A program made the position numbers and the translations under genes. DNA of 64,000 nt from an uncultured virus (IMG/VR IMGVR_UViG_2911013136_000002) (Duplodnaviria; Heunggongvirae; Uroviricota; Caudoviricetes). This document shows, piece after piece, positions 38,540-47,669 of this stretch. Positions within the stretch are counted from its first letter, which is position 1, and each line of letters starts with the position of its first letter. A model generated the notes under the pieces. The model had not been told where the DNA came from, did not search any database, and saw nothing but the letters and a program-made list of their open reading frames with translations. The stretch lies in IMG/VR virus record IMGVR_UViG_2911013136_000002. One strand, given 5' to 3'.

Positions 38540-39158
38540 GGCTCTGTTAAAGATAATGTTGATATTTGAACCTTTCCGATGTGTAGTGCTTATTTAACTA
38601 ACGGTCGGAAAGTTGAACATTGTTTAATATTGTCGTAATATTCAGATTATAATTAACCATAACAGTATTTAAACTTCAGGGGGATTTATATGCCTTTAAA
38701 AGTAGGAGATATAATTACGTTTGAACGGACTTTTACAGTAAGGGATGTTGAATTATTTACAGAGATTTCAGGCGATAAAGGGATTCACCATATTACTCCA
38801 GATGAACAGGGGAGACTTGTAGTTCAAGGATTACTAACGGCGACTCTGCCAACAAAAGTAGGTGGAGATTATAACGTACTGGCTCGTACGATGAATTTTG
38901 AGTTTTTAAGACCTGTATTTACGGGGGATACAATAATTTGTGAAGTGAAAATTGAAAAATACGAAAGGCAAGAAAATAATAGAACAGCTATTATTGCATC
39001 CTTTTTATGTAAAAATCAGAATGAAAAAGTAGTATTAAAAGGCAATTTTTCAGGTGTAATACTTTAAATTCTAACTGGAGCGTTAGAATGGGAAACCCTT
39101 AGAATATTGGGTTTCCCTAAATTATATCTGATTATCAACATTAAAATTTAACAGAGCG
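38540..39158. mobile_element. Inverted-repeat-bounded cassette carrying the hotdog gene
   Basis: gctctgttaaagataatgttgat at 38541 and atcaacattaaaatttaacagagc ending 39157; ttttattt on both flanks. Confidence 0.55.
38690..39067 (+). CDS. MaoC/hotdog-fold dehydratase-like protein
   Basis: FTEISGDKGIHH, VVQGLL, FLRPVFTGD. Confidence 0.85.
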   Translation: MPLKVGDIITFERTFTVRDVELFTEISGDKGIHHITPDEQGRLVVQGLLTATLPTKVGGDYNVLARTMNFEFLRPVFTGDTIICEVKIEKYERQENNRTAIIASFLCKNQNEKVVLKGNFSGVIL

Positions 39159-39199
39159 TTTTATTTTTTTGTGGAAATATTTATCATGGAGGTGACTAT

Positions 39200-39420
39200 G
39201 TGTTCGAAATCGTTGGCAGATTGCGTTGTCCCATTTGTTCGGAGGCGGTTCAGCCAGACGAAAAAGTGTTTCTCGACATTATCAACACTGTGTCATTCAT
39301 CAGAAATGTTACTACAAATCTCCGCGACGTAAACTCCCAATCAAAGATGAAGGTCCATTTCAGAAAATGCTTCTAAAATATCCCTTTTTCAACAAGGACG
39401 ATGAAGATGATTCCATATGA
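39200..39420 (+). pseudogene. Frameshifted small Zn-binding phage gene
   Basis: VFEIVGRLRCPICSE...INT continues as VIHQKCYY in another frame (extra tg near 39290). Confidence 0.55.
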
Positions 39421-39444
39421 AAAGCCCTTCTCATCGAGAGGGGC

Positions 39445-39921
39445 TTAAATACCTAACAATTGTTTTTTCTTCGCTTCAAATTCTTCTTCTGTTAAAATTC
39501 CTGCCTCTTTTAATTCGGCTAATTTTTTAATTTCATCAGCTGCACTTAATGATGATTTTGCTTCAGATTTTTTCCCAACGTTTTCTTTAACATGCTCAAT
39601 AAATTTATCTACTTCCCCTTGATTAATCCACTTCATCTTGACCTTATTTCCTGAAGCGAAAAATGAGATAGAACGCCCTAACATGCCTTTACTAATCTCA
39701 AACGAGCTAATATTAGCATAGGGGAATACTTCCAAATCGTAACCAAACATCTTTTTACCATAAAACAAAATACGGCGATCTGTTGCCAGAAATACTCCAT
39801 TTCTGAGAGTATCTTTTCCCATGATTTTTGTCTCATAAGCACCTAAAACACTCGCGACAATAGGTTCATTTGGCTCCAAATATTGAGACGCTTCTTTAAC
39901 CAACTTATCAATTTTCGCCAT
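39445..39921 (-). CDS. Bacterial PH domain + SHOCT protein
   Basis: GVFLATDRRILFY; ADEIKKLAELKEAGILTEEEFEAKKKQLL. Confidence 0.88.
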   Translation of the reverse strand: MAKIDKLVKEASQYLEPNEPIVASVLGAYETKIMGKDTLRNGVFLATDRRILFYGKKMFGYDLEVFPYANISSFEISKGMLGRSISFFASGNKVKMKWINQGEVDKFIEHVKENVGKKSEAKSSLSAADEIKKLAELKEAGILTEEEFEAKKKQLLGI

Positions 39922-40120
39922 TTTCGTGTTCCTCCTCAATTAATTCTTCCATTGTAACTCCTAAAAGCTTGGACAGTTGATATGCCTTAATCAAATCTGG
40001 CTGCGTTTTATTATTTACCCAGCTTGAAAAGGTCTGTATAGACACACCGCACTGTTTAGCAAGTGCTTTATGTTTTAGTCCTTTTTCCGCAGCCCAATAG
40101 GCAATTCTGTTCCGATACAT
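39908..40120 (-). CDS. XRE HTH regulator
   Basis: LAKQCGVSIQTFSSWVNNKTQP; sigma-H-like promoter upstream (AGGAATT-N14-GAAT). Confidence 0.85.
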   Translation of the reverse strand: MYRNRIAYWAAEKGLKHKALAKQCGVSIQTFSSWVNNKTQPDLIKAYQLSKLLGVTMEELIEEEHENGEN

Positions 40121-40350
40121 ATGTATTCACCTACTTAAGTATTACCCATTCGACAAGAATGGACAAATTCCTGTTCAAGAATTCTGGAATAAAAATTAAA
40201 GAAAATTAGAAGGACAAGATATATTGGACAATCTCTCCCGAATACTCTTTACCATACCAAACAGAATTCCACGTAGCATACCTGAATTCCTTCAAATCAG
40301 CCAATCATGCAAGATTTCAGAGAAAAAGGGAATGAGGGGAGGAACGTCAG

Positions 40351-40734
40351 TTGGAACATGAAGGGGGATTGCGGAGCATCTTCCAGGCTTACGCTGAATA
40401 TCGAAAACGACATCGGAAAATGAACGAGTTTGAATATCTTGATCGCACACCATACTTGCATAGTTCAGACTATCTTCGTGAATTGTATCGCGGCGCGGAC
40501 ACGAAGGAGAAGAAACAGAAGCTATTCGACTACATCCAGCGTTTTGAAGTGAATGATAAAGAGTTCAAAGGATATTATTCGCTTTATGAACGGATCGGCA
40601 GGGAGCTGGGGCACATCGAGGATGACAAAGAAGAATACATTCAGATTCCCAAGTCATTGATCGCGGAGTACGCAAGACAGATGATGGATGACGAGGATTT
40701 TGTGAAATACAACATGAGGAGGCAGCGAAAATGA
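40351..40734 (+). CDS. Hypothetical protein, first ORF of the FtsK module
   Basis: RBS ggagg; coupled to the next ORF. Confidence 0.55.
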   Translation: MEHEGGLRSIFQAYAEYRKRHRKMNEFEYLDRTPYLHSSDYLRELYRGADTKEKKQKLFDYIQRFEVNDKEFKGYYSLYERIGRELGHIEDDKEEYIQIPKSLIAEYARQMMDDEDFVKYNMRRQRK

Positions 40735-40901
40735 TCGAAGTGATCGGCGGAGGGCTTGTTCTGATCGGAATAGCTTACGCGGAGAACAAAGGATGGGTAG
40801 ACAAGGAAAGCGTGTCTTTCGTGCTCAATGTGGGAATGCAAGCGGGAATATGCGCGAGCTTGTTCTACTTCTTACACAAGTTGTCTATTTTGTTCTTGTG
40901 A
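40731..40901 (+). CDS. Small two-TM protein (not in ORF track)
   Basis: MIEVIGGGLVLIGIAYAE...LFYFLHKLSILFL, 56 aa; ATGA overlap. Confidence 0.6.
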   Translation: MIEVIGGGLVLIGIAYAENKGWVDKESVSFVLNVGMQAGICASLFYFLHKLSILFL

Positions 40902-40998
40902 CATGTTCCCGCGCATATTCCCCTGCAGACGGAGAGTGGGTCCATTTGAAACCCTATTACCATGCGTATGAACGAGCTTTCGGGAATATTCCCGATGA

Positions 40999-42201
40999 TT
41001 GGGATATTATCTCTTTTTTCTGGAGGTGTTTTTCTTGTTCGAATTGTTAGCGATCCCTGTCCTTGCTGGTTCAGCAGCAATCTTGTCCGGAGTTAAGAAC
41101 AAGCAGAAAGAGAAACGAGTAATTGATACCGTATTTCGTAATTTGAAAGTCGGAGCGGTCGAGGGGAAGGAGTTTGTCTATCCGAAACTTGTTGCAACAG
41201 AACAAAAGGACTACTGTGTGCGTTATGTGTATCGCGTACCGTTAGGGCTACCTAAAAAAGCGTTGGAACCAGTCGAAGAAATACTTGCTGCCACTCTAGA
41301 TCGCCCAGTTGAAGTCACGTTCAAGAAGTGGTTATGCATCGACATTTTCAACAACGACATTCCGGCAAAAGTGCCGTATAGCGAAGCTCCAGACATGAAA
41401 GGCTGGGTTGTGCCACTTGGCTGCAATGAGAAAGGTTGGCACTTCCACGACTTCGACAAAACTCCGCATTGTACCATAGCGGGAACCACACGATTCGGAA
41501 AAACAGTCATGCTAAAAAACATGATGACCTACCTCATCGAGCATCACCCAGAAGATGTAGAATTCCTCATACTCGACATGAAAGGTGGTCTAGAATTTGG
41601 TCGATATCGAAACCTCAAACAAGTCATCGAAGTGTCCAGCAATCCATTCGAAGCCTTTGAAGCACTGCGCATTGTCCAAACATTCATGGAGCAGCGCATG
41701 AGGGAGTTTTGCCAAAATGGATGGTCTAACATTGTTGATACACCGATCAAGAAGCGATTGTTCGTCATTGTTGACGAAGGAGCGCAGCTCGCGCCAGACA
41801 AATTCATGATAAAAGAACAAAGAGATATGCTTGCCGCATGTCAACATATTCTTGGAGAAGTTGCACGTATCAGCGGCGCTCTTGGACTCCGACTCATCTT
41901 CTGTACACAATATCCTACTAGCGACACGTTACCTCGGCAGATCAAACAAAATGCAGACCTCAAAATCACCTATCGGCTTCCTGCTGGCTACGCATCGATG
42001 GTTGCAATCGACGACTACGGAGCAGAAGAGCTTCCATCGGATATTCCAGGCCGCGCAATCGTGAAAACGCATGAATTACGCATTGTACAAACACCTTTTA
42101 TTTCCGATGACGAAATGATGAAAAGGCTGGGGGTGTACCGCGTTGCTAAAGTTAGAAAAACTCAGCGAACGGCAAATGAAGATACTATATGCTTTGAATA
42201 A
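40999..42201 (+). CDS. FtsK/SpoIIIE-family ATPase
   Basis: GTTRFGKT Walker A, LDMKGGLEF, VIVDEGAQL, CTQYP; N-terminal TM. True start may be slightly downstream. Confidence 0.9.
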   Translation: MGYYLFFLEVFFLFELLAIPVLAGSAAILSGVKNKQKEKRVIDTVFRNLKVGAVEGKEFVYPKLVATEQKDYCVRYVYRVPLGLPKKALEPVEEILAATLDRPVEVTFKKWLCIDIFNNDIPAKVPYSEAPDMKGWVVPLGCNEKGWHFHDFDKTPHCTIAGTTRFGKTVMLKNMMTYLIEHHPEDVEFLILDMKGGLEFGRYRNLKQVIEVSSNPFEAFEALRIVQTFMEQRMREFCQNGWSNIVDTPIKKRLFVIVDEGAQLAPDKFMIKEQRDMLAACQHILGEVARISGALGLRLIFCTQYPTSDTLPRQIKQNADLKITYRLPAGYASMVAIDDYGAEELPSDIPGRAIVKTHELRIVQTPFISDDEMMKRLGVYRVAKVRKTQRTANEDTICFE

Positions 42202-42751
42202 CCTAGGTGCATTAAGCCGTTCGCAAGTTCAATATATGTTCGACCTGGGAAGCAAACGTAATGCGAATCGGGTGCTGCAGTCCATACGCGATTACGTGAA
42301 CCGCAAAGCGTTAAAAGAATATGTATATTACTTAAACAAAAAAGGCGCAGAAATGATAGGTGGCCAAGTGATTGTGACAGGAAACAGCCCACTGCAGCAT
42401 ATTGTCATGCGCAACGACATCTATATCTTCTACCACTATCCGCAGGACTGGAAGCCGGAAGCGAAAACAAGGTGGAAAGAAGGTGGCAAGGAATACAGCG
42501 TTGTATCTGACGCGCGGTTCACGTATCATGGGCAGATATACTTCTTGGAAGTCGATATTCAGCAAAAGATGGCTGAGAACAAACGGAAAGTCGAGAAGTA
42601 CGCGTATTTGTTCCGATTCATACAATGCCAGCAGATCGGGGAACCAATTTTGCTGTGGTACACAGTATCTCAAGAGCGGAAAAAACGCCTAGAGAAATGG
42701 TGTAGGCAACATGAAATTCCGCATGAGGTGTTGTGTAAGCAGGATTTTTGA
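42143..42751 (+). CDS. Replication-relaxation family protein
   Basis: wHTH, HIVMRND, SDARF, FLEVD. Confidence 0.82.
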   Translation: MLKLEKLSERQMKILYALNNLGALSRSQVQYMFDLGSKRNANRVLQSIRDYVNRKALKEYVYYLNKKGAEMIGGQVIVTGNSPLQHIVMRNDIYIFYHYPQDWKPEAKTRWKEGGKEYSVVSDARFTYHGQIYFLEVDIQQKMAENKRKVEKYAYLFRFIQCQQIGEPILLWYTVSQERKKRLEKWCRQHEIPHEVLCKQDF

Positions 42752-42934
42752 GGAGAATAAAAAGCAGAGGCAATCTTATTAAGACCTAAATTTAAAAAGC
42801 TAAAAAAAATAAAGGAGAGCACATATTAGTCATGTATAATATGTGTTCTCCTTTTATAAAGCCGAGTTAGTTGAAAAAGGATCATTTGAGTAAAAGAAAA
42901 CTCTACCCAAATATTGATAAATTTTATTAGTTAG

Positions 42935-44068
42935 TTAGGAATTAGATTTCGAAAAAAACCATTTCATCATTGAGGGAGTAACAATCGTTGTAACCAGAAT
43001 CACAACAACGATGACAGCAAACATATCTTGCGTTAGCAGTTTAGATTCTAAACCAATAGTTGCAATAATTAGTGCTACTTCCCCCCTGGACACCATTGCT
43101 GAACCTATTCCCAGTGAGCTATTCCAATTGAATCCAGCCAACTTTGCTCCAACAGATGCACCAATTAATTTTGTTAGTATAGCTATAATACTTAATAAAA
43201 CAATTAGACCTAAATTTTGAGTAATACCAGAAAATTGGGCAGTGACACCAATAGAAGTAAAGAATACAGGAACAAAGATAGAATAACTAATTGTTTCAAC
43301 CTTCTCAAATATCTCATGTTTGAAGTTTGTTACACTGATAGCCACACCTGCTATATATGCTCCGATTATTGCCGCGACACCTGTGTATTCTGCTAGGTAT
43401 GCATAAACAAAACAGATAATTAGAGCAGACGAAATTACAGTTTCTGTTACTTTTAATGATGAAAACTTATTCAAAAACCAAGGAACTACTTTCCAACCAA
43501 CCAAAATGGCTCCTGCGAAAAATAATATTTTTTTTAAAATAACCGTGGTTAAATTAACATCTCTACCAACAAAACTCATTAAGAATGCCAAAGCAATAAT
43601 TCCTACCACATCATCGATAACAGCTGCTCCTAAGATAGCGGCTCCTTCGCGGCTATTTAATTGATCCATCTCTTTAAGTGCCTGAACAGAAATACTTACA
43701 CTGGTAGCCGAAAGCAATAGCCCTAAAAACAAGGATTGCATCGTGGTAAGATTCAACATTATTCCGACAAAGTAGCCCAAAACAACTGGTACGATAATGC
43801 CACCAAAACCTACGAAAGTGGAGGCTTTCCCAGTTTGTTTAAATTCATTAATATCTGTTTCCAACCCAGCAATAAACATCAGCAAAATAACACCGATTTG
43901 ACTTAATTCTGCCAAGGTTTCTGTCTCGTTCACTAATCCTAAAACCGATGGTCCTAGTACAATTCCAATCAGGAGTTTACCAAGAACTGAAGGCTGTCCC
44001 AATCTAACACTTAGGCTCCCAGCTATTTTGGCAGCAACTAAAATGATGGCTAACTGAAGTATTAACAC
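42935..44068 (-). CDS. Cation:proton antiporter (CPA2, NapA/GerN-like)
   Basis: GQPSVLG, FIAGLETD, ATSVSI, AVIDD, SRGEVAL. Confidence 0.92.
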   Translation of the reverse strand: MLILQLAIILVAAKIAGSLSVRLGQPSVLGKLLIGIVLGPSVLGLVNETETLAELSQIGVILLMFIAGLETDINEFKQTGKASTFVGFGGIIVPVVLGYFVGIMLNLTTMQSLFLGLLLSATSVSISVQALKEMDQLNSREGAAILGAAVIDDVVGIIALAFLMSFVGRDVNLTTVILKKILFFAGAILVGWKVVPWFLNKFSSLKVTETVISSALIICFVYAYLAEYTGVAAIIGAYIAGVAISVTNFKHEIFEKVETISYSIFVPVFFTSIGVTAQFSGITQNLGLIVLLSIIAILTKLIGASVGAKLAGFNWNSSLGIGSAMVSRGEVALIIATIGLESKLLTQDMFAVIVVVILVTTIVTPSMMKWFFSKSNS

Positions 44069-44112
44069 CTAAAAATCCCCACCTTTCATTAATATTATTT
44101 ATGATTTTCTTC

Positions 44113-44230
44113 AAATAAAAAGAGCCTGTCACTAAGGGACATAGTTATCCCTTGGTGACAGACTCCTCCTCAAATACAATATTATTAACAATTTTATTGA
44201 AATTATATCGTACTTTAGATAAGATTTCAA
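44113..44230 (-). promoter_or_regulatory. Sigma-A promoter and leader terminator of the antiporter
   Basis: TTGAAA-N17-TATAAT (44230-44202); 18-bp hairpin 44122-44165 plus a U tract before the RBS. Confidence 0.7.
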
Positions 44231-44567
44231 TATTCATTACTTTTCCGCTGTATGAACTAAACTATCCTTTCCTTCTCAGCTAAAAAAGATTATTGCATAT
44301 TCATATCCGGCAATTTGTTTCACCGGAACGAAAAGAAAAGCTGGGTGCTTGGTGCAGGGAGTATGTTGTTAAATATGAAGTGTTATGCAAGTAATAGTGA
44401 GTAAAAAAGAAGGTGGAGTAAGATTCCCACCTTCTTAACCTCTAATGCAAAATCGAAAATAATTTTGCACGGATTTTGCACGATATAAAAGGAAATATCC
44501 ATTTATCCATTGAAATATCAATCGTTTTTGACACATGGTTATTATCCTGCCGAGGGGGGTGGCTTGA

Positions 44568-44807
44568 TTGAGCAAAGTATGGTGGTCCATGCAGGATCTC
44601 AAAGAGCGTACTGGATACAGCGAGGACTGGTTGAAAGAAAATATCCTTCTTCATCCTCGCTACCGACAAATGCTTGATTTAGAAAACGGCGGTTTTGTGT
44701 ACTACCCTGAGAAGAAGGGTGAACGCTGGTGCTTCATCGCTTCGCGGATGGAAGAATTCCTGGAAAAGTATTTTCGCGACATATTCATGAAAAAGAACAC
44801 AAAATAA
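44568..44807 (+). CDS. DUF771-like excisionase-type HTH protein
   Basis: WWSMQDLKERTGYSEDWLKENILLHP...GGFVYYP...W. Confidence 0.75.
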   Translation: MSKVWWSMQDLKERTGYSEDWLKENILLHPRYRQMLDLENGGFVYYPEKKGERWCFIASRMEEFLEKYFRDIFMKKNTK

Positions 44808-45011
44808 AATTACGTGACGTCGTGGAAAATGAAGATCCTCGAAAGGTGTGCTCAACTTCGGTCAGACCTCCGTGGTCTAAAAATCAACACTCAAATTTAA
44901 CAGAGAGTTTGTTAAAATAAAGAAGGCCGGACTCATACTCCGGCCTTCTTTATTACCCATTAATCATGCGATTTATAAAGTAGTTGTAGAAATTGTATTT
45001 ATGTTACTCTA

Positions 45012-45221
45012 CCTACCGGATCGGGAAAAACGACGACTTTATATGCTTTGCTGCGGATTTGTCAGGAAAAGTGGCATCGCAATGTCATCACCTTGGAAGA
45101 TCCGGTCGAAAAGCGGATTGACAATCTATTGCAAGTGCAGATTAACGAAAAAGCGGGAATTACGTATGCGGTTGGCTTGAAAGCCGCGTTGCGCCATGAT
45201 CCGGATGTGATTATGGTATGA
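45012..45221 (+). pseudogene. comGA: Internal fragment of competence pilus ATPase gene comGA, between the two prophages
   Basis: PTGSGKTTTLYALL...NVITLEDPVE...QVQINEKAGITYAVGLKAALRHDPDVIMV*: Walker A, Asp box and the start of Walker B of the PulE/ComGA family. Confidence 0.92.
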
Positions 45222-45282
45222 ATTGCAGAAATGTTGATTTATCAATGATTTTATGGCTATTGCATATCTATTTACCCACATT

Positions 45283-46419
45283 TTACCCACCAAACGATGA
45301 ATCTAAATATTTCTCTAATTTCAATACGGCTTCGTCCTCTTGTTTGCGGGAGACATGCAAATAAACGTCAGCAGTCATGTTTATTTTAGTGTGTCCAAGC
45401 CGGTCGCTGACTGTTTTGATATCCACTCCACTTTCCAATAGCATAACCGCGTGGGTGTGGCGGAGTGCGTGCGGACCGAATTTATTAAGATTTGCTTTTT
45501 CAGCCATATTCTCTAAAATTGAATTTATTTTCCACTCATGATACGGAACGCTGTACCGATCAACCAACACATAATTGTTAAACTGGTATCTTCCGAACTG
45601 TAATTTGTTTTTTGCTTGCCACAATTGAAATTTTTTTAATTCTTTCGTGAGCTTATTGTCCATAGAAATCACTCGGTTACTTTTCTTCGTTTTTGGTGGG
45701 AAGGTTCCGAGGTGGTTTCTATTTTTGTTTATGGCCATTAATTTATTGTCAAAATCTATGTCATCCCACGTAAGAGCTAATAACTCGCCTTTTCGTAACC
45801 CCGTACGCAGCAAAATAAAAACAGCCATGTATTCGTCAAATTCGAATGTTTTTGCCACCATCAAAAGTTTTTGTACTTCTTCTTTGGTAAGGAATTTTAT
45901 TTTCTCTTCCTCATTGCCTTTGGAAATAGAGATGCCTTGAAATTTATTCCGATCGATGATTCCATGCTCCACTGCTTTGTTTATGATCGTCATAAACAGT
46001 CCATGTATGCCTTTTACGGTACTTTCTTTTAATGTTTCTAACTCTTTATTGATAAACGCTTGGTACTGCGCTCTCGTTAGTTTTTGTAACTTGTAGTTAC
46101 CTAACGCAGGGATGATATGATTATACAATCGTGTTTTTCGTGTCTTGCGTGTGGTTTCTCGCCACTGTCCCTCATACAGTTCTAAATACTGTTCAATCCA
46201 ATCCTTTACGGTAATGTCGCTGTTTTTTACTACGTCGACATCACCAACGAACAATTTCTTCTCCACTTCCGCAGCAGCTAATTCTGCTTCTTTTTTTGAA
46301 GCAAAACCGCGTTTCGATTTTTCTTTTATTTTCCCCGTTACCGGATCCGTGTACTTTATACGATATTCATACATGTACTTTTTGGAGTTTTTGTTTTTGT
46401 ACTTTCTGATACTAGCCAT
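45283..46419 (-). CDS. Tyrosine integrase
   Basis: N-terminal arm-binding domain (KRGFASKKEA), TGLRKGE, HALRHTHA, RLGH, VYLH. Confidence 0.95.
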   Translation of the reverse strand: MASIRKYKNKNSKKYMYEYRIKYTDPVTGKIKEKSKRGFASKKEAELAAAEVEKKLFVGDVDVVKNSDITVKDWIEQYLELYEGQWRETTRKTRKTRLYNHIIPALGNYKLQKLTRAQYQAFINKELETLKESTVKGIHGLFMTIINKAVEHGIIDRNKFQGISISKGNEEEKIKFLTKEEVQKLLMVAKTFEFDEYMAVFILLRTGLRKGELLALTWDDIDFDNKLMAINKNRNHLGTFPPKTKKSNRVISMDNKLTKELKKFQLWQAKNKLQFGRYQFNNYVLVDRYSVPYHEWKINSILENMAEKANLNKFGPHALRHTHAVMLLESGVDIKTVSDRLGHTKINMTADVYLHVSRKQEDEAVLKLEKYLDSSFGG

Positions 46420-46517
46420 GATCATCCCCTCCAACGAATAAATTAAATTTTTGATACCAAAATTTCTTATTCATCTCCTCTCTAAACATTACAACGTTGC
46501 GATTATATAGGTTGATG

Positions 46518-47003
46518 TTACAAATATTTCATGTGTTGGACGCGGTTTTTTATTTGCTCTAATCGCTCCTCGCATAACTCTGGGGTTACCTTGAACATAT
46601 TGGCCATATGCTCAATTATGTGTGGCTCGTCCCAGTCAATGAACTTCAACATGTGAAAGGGAATAGCAGCATATTTCGTAAAATGATTTGCATCCCGTTC
46701 CTGTAGCTCACGAAAAGCCTCTGGCATCATGCTCTGGACTCCGACATGACGGAGAATGTGACATAGCTCATGGAAGAAGGCTTCTCGCTTTTCCTCTTTC
46801 GATAGTCGTGAGTCGACGACAATACAGCGAAAGCGGCCCACAACTTGATGTGTTGATGGAAAAGGTTTTTCACGCAAGAAAATGTTCATCGTTTGAGCAA
46901 TAAACGATGGATCGATTTGATAAGGATAAAAAATGTTTAGTCGTGTATAAAACTTGGTCACCCAGTCTTCCAACGCGGTCGTGTAGTAGCGGCGTAGCTC
47001 CAT
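46518..47003 (-). CDS. ImmA/IrrE-family metalloprotease (anti-repressor)
   Basis: FFHELCHILRH, QERDAN. Confidence 0.88.
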   Translation of the reverse strand: MELRRYYTTALEDWVTKFYTRLNIFYPYQIDPSFIAQTMNIFLREKPFPSTHQVVGRFRCIVVDSRLSKEEKREAFFHELCHILRHVGVQSMMPEAFRELQERDANHFTKYAAIPFHMLKFIDWDEPHIIEHMANMFKVTPELCEERLEQIKNRVQHMKYL

Positions 47004-47024
47004 AATTGTCCCCCTCCTAAGGAT

Positions 47025-47053
47025 ATTATAGGAACAAATGTTTGGTTTAGCAA
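47025..47053 (-). promoter_or_regulatory. immA promoter with a LexA (SOS) box in the spacer
   Basis: TTGCTA-N17-TATAAT; ggaacaaatgtttg at 47031-47044 resembles GAAC-N4-GTTC. Confidence 0.65.
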
Positions 47054-47294
47054 TAAAAAGAAAAAATCCTCTTAGTTGGAAGAGCTTTAATTTTTGTTAC
47101 GACAAATATGATAATGGGGGACGTTTTGCACTTGACCTATTTACTTACAGAAAACCGTGATAAATCAAGTTCCATTTTAGGGGGGAGTGTTGGTATGGTT
47201 TTTCGTGAAATTTAAGTAAGTATTGTTTGGAGTAACAAAAATATATATGTGATTAAATTAAAAAAAGAGCCTGCTAACGGGCTCTTAGAAAAAA

Positions 47295-47669
47295 TTATTC
47301 AATGTAACAAAACGACTGAGGTGGATGAAAGTTTGTAAATAATTCTACTGGAGAAAGGGGTTTTTCGTATTTTTTAGTTTCACGTATTTTAATTGCATAG
47401 CCTCTTTCTTTGTTTTGGAAATAAGATTTAAAACGTTCGTAGCTTATTCCAGAAGCTTGATGAGTTTTGTTCCATAAGTCCTCAATTGACTCATTTAAAA
47501 TGCAATCAATTTTAAGCTCACCAACAATTTTCCCAACCGGTTTGGTACTATAGACAACAATAGTATCGATATCTGTTTTTTTGAAGATATTTTTGCGATA
47601 TTCATATTTTTTTTCTCCACTGAAAATCTTATCGACGAACTCTGGTTTGATTGATAATAAAACTTTCAT
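47295..47669 (-). CDS. ASCH-domain protein
   Basis: LLSIKPEFVDKIFSGEKKYEYRK...PPQSFCY. Confidence 0.88.
   Translation of the reverse strand: MKVLLSIKPEFVDKIFSGEKKYEYRKNIFKKTDIDTIVVYSTKPVGKIVGELKIDCILNESIEDLWNKTHQASGISYERFKSYFQNKERGYAIKIRETKKYEKPLSPVELFTNFHPPQSFCYIE

Larger units (their letters stand above)
1..45011. mobile_element. Prophage 1, temperate siphovirus with serine integrase; left att just outside the window
   Basis: Canonical order of integrase, repressor, replication, packaging, head, tail, lysis and morons. The right end abuts comGA sequence starting at 45012. Confidence 0.92.
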
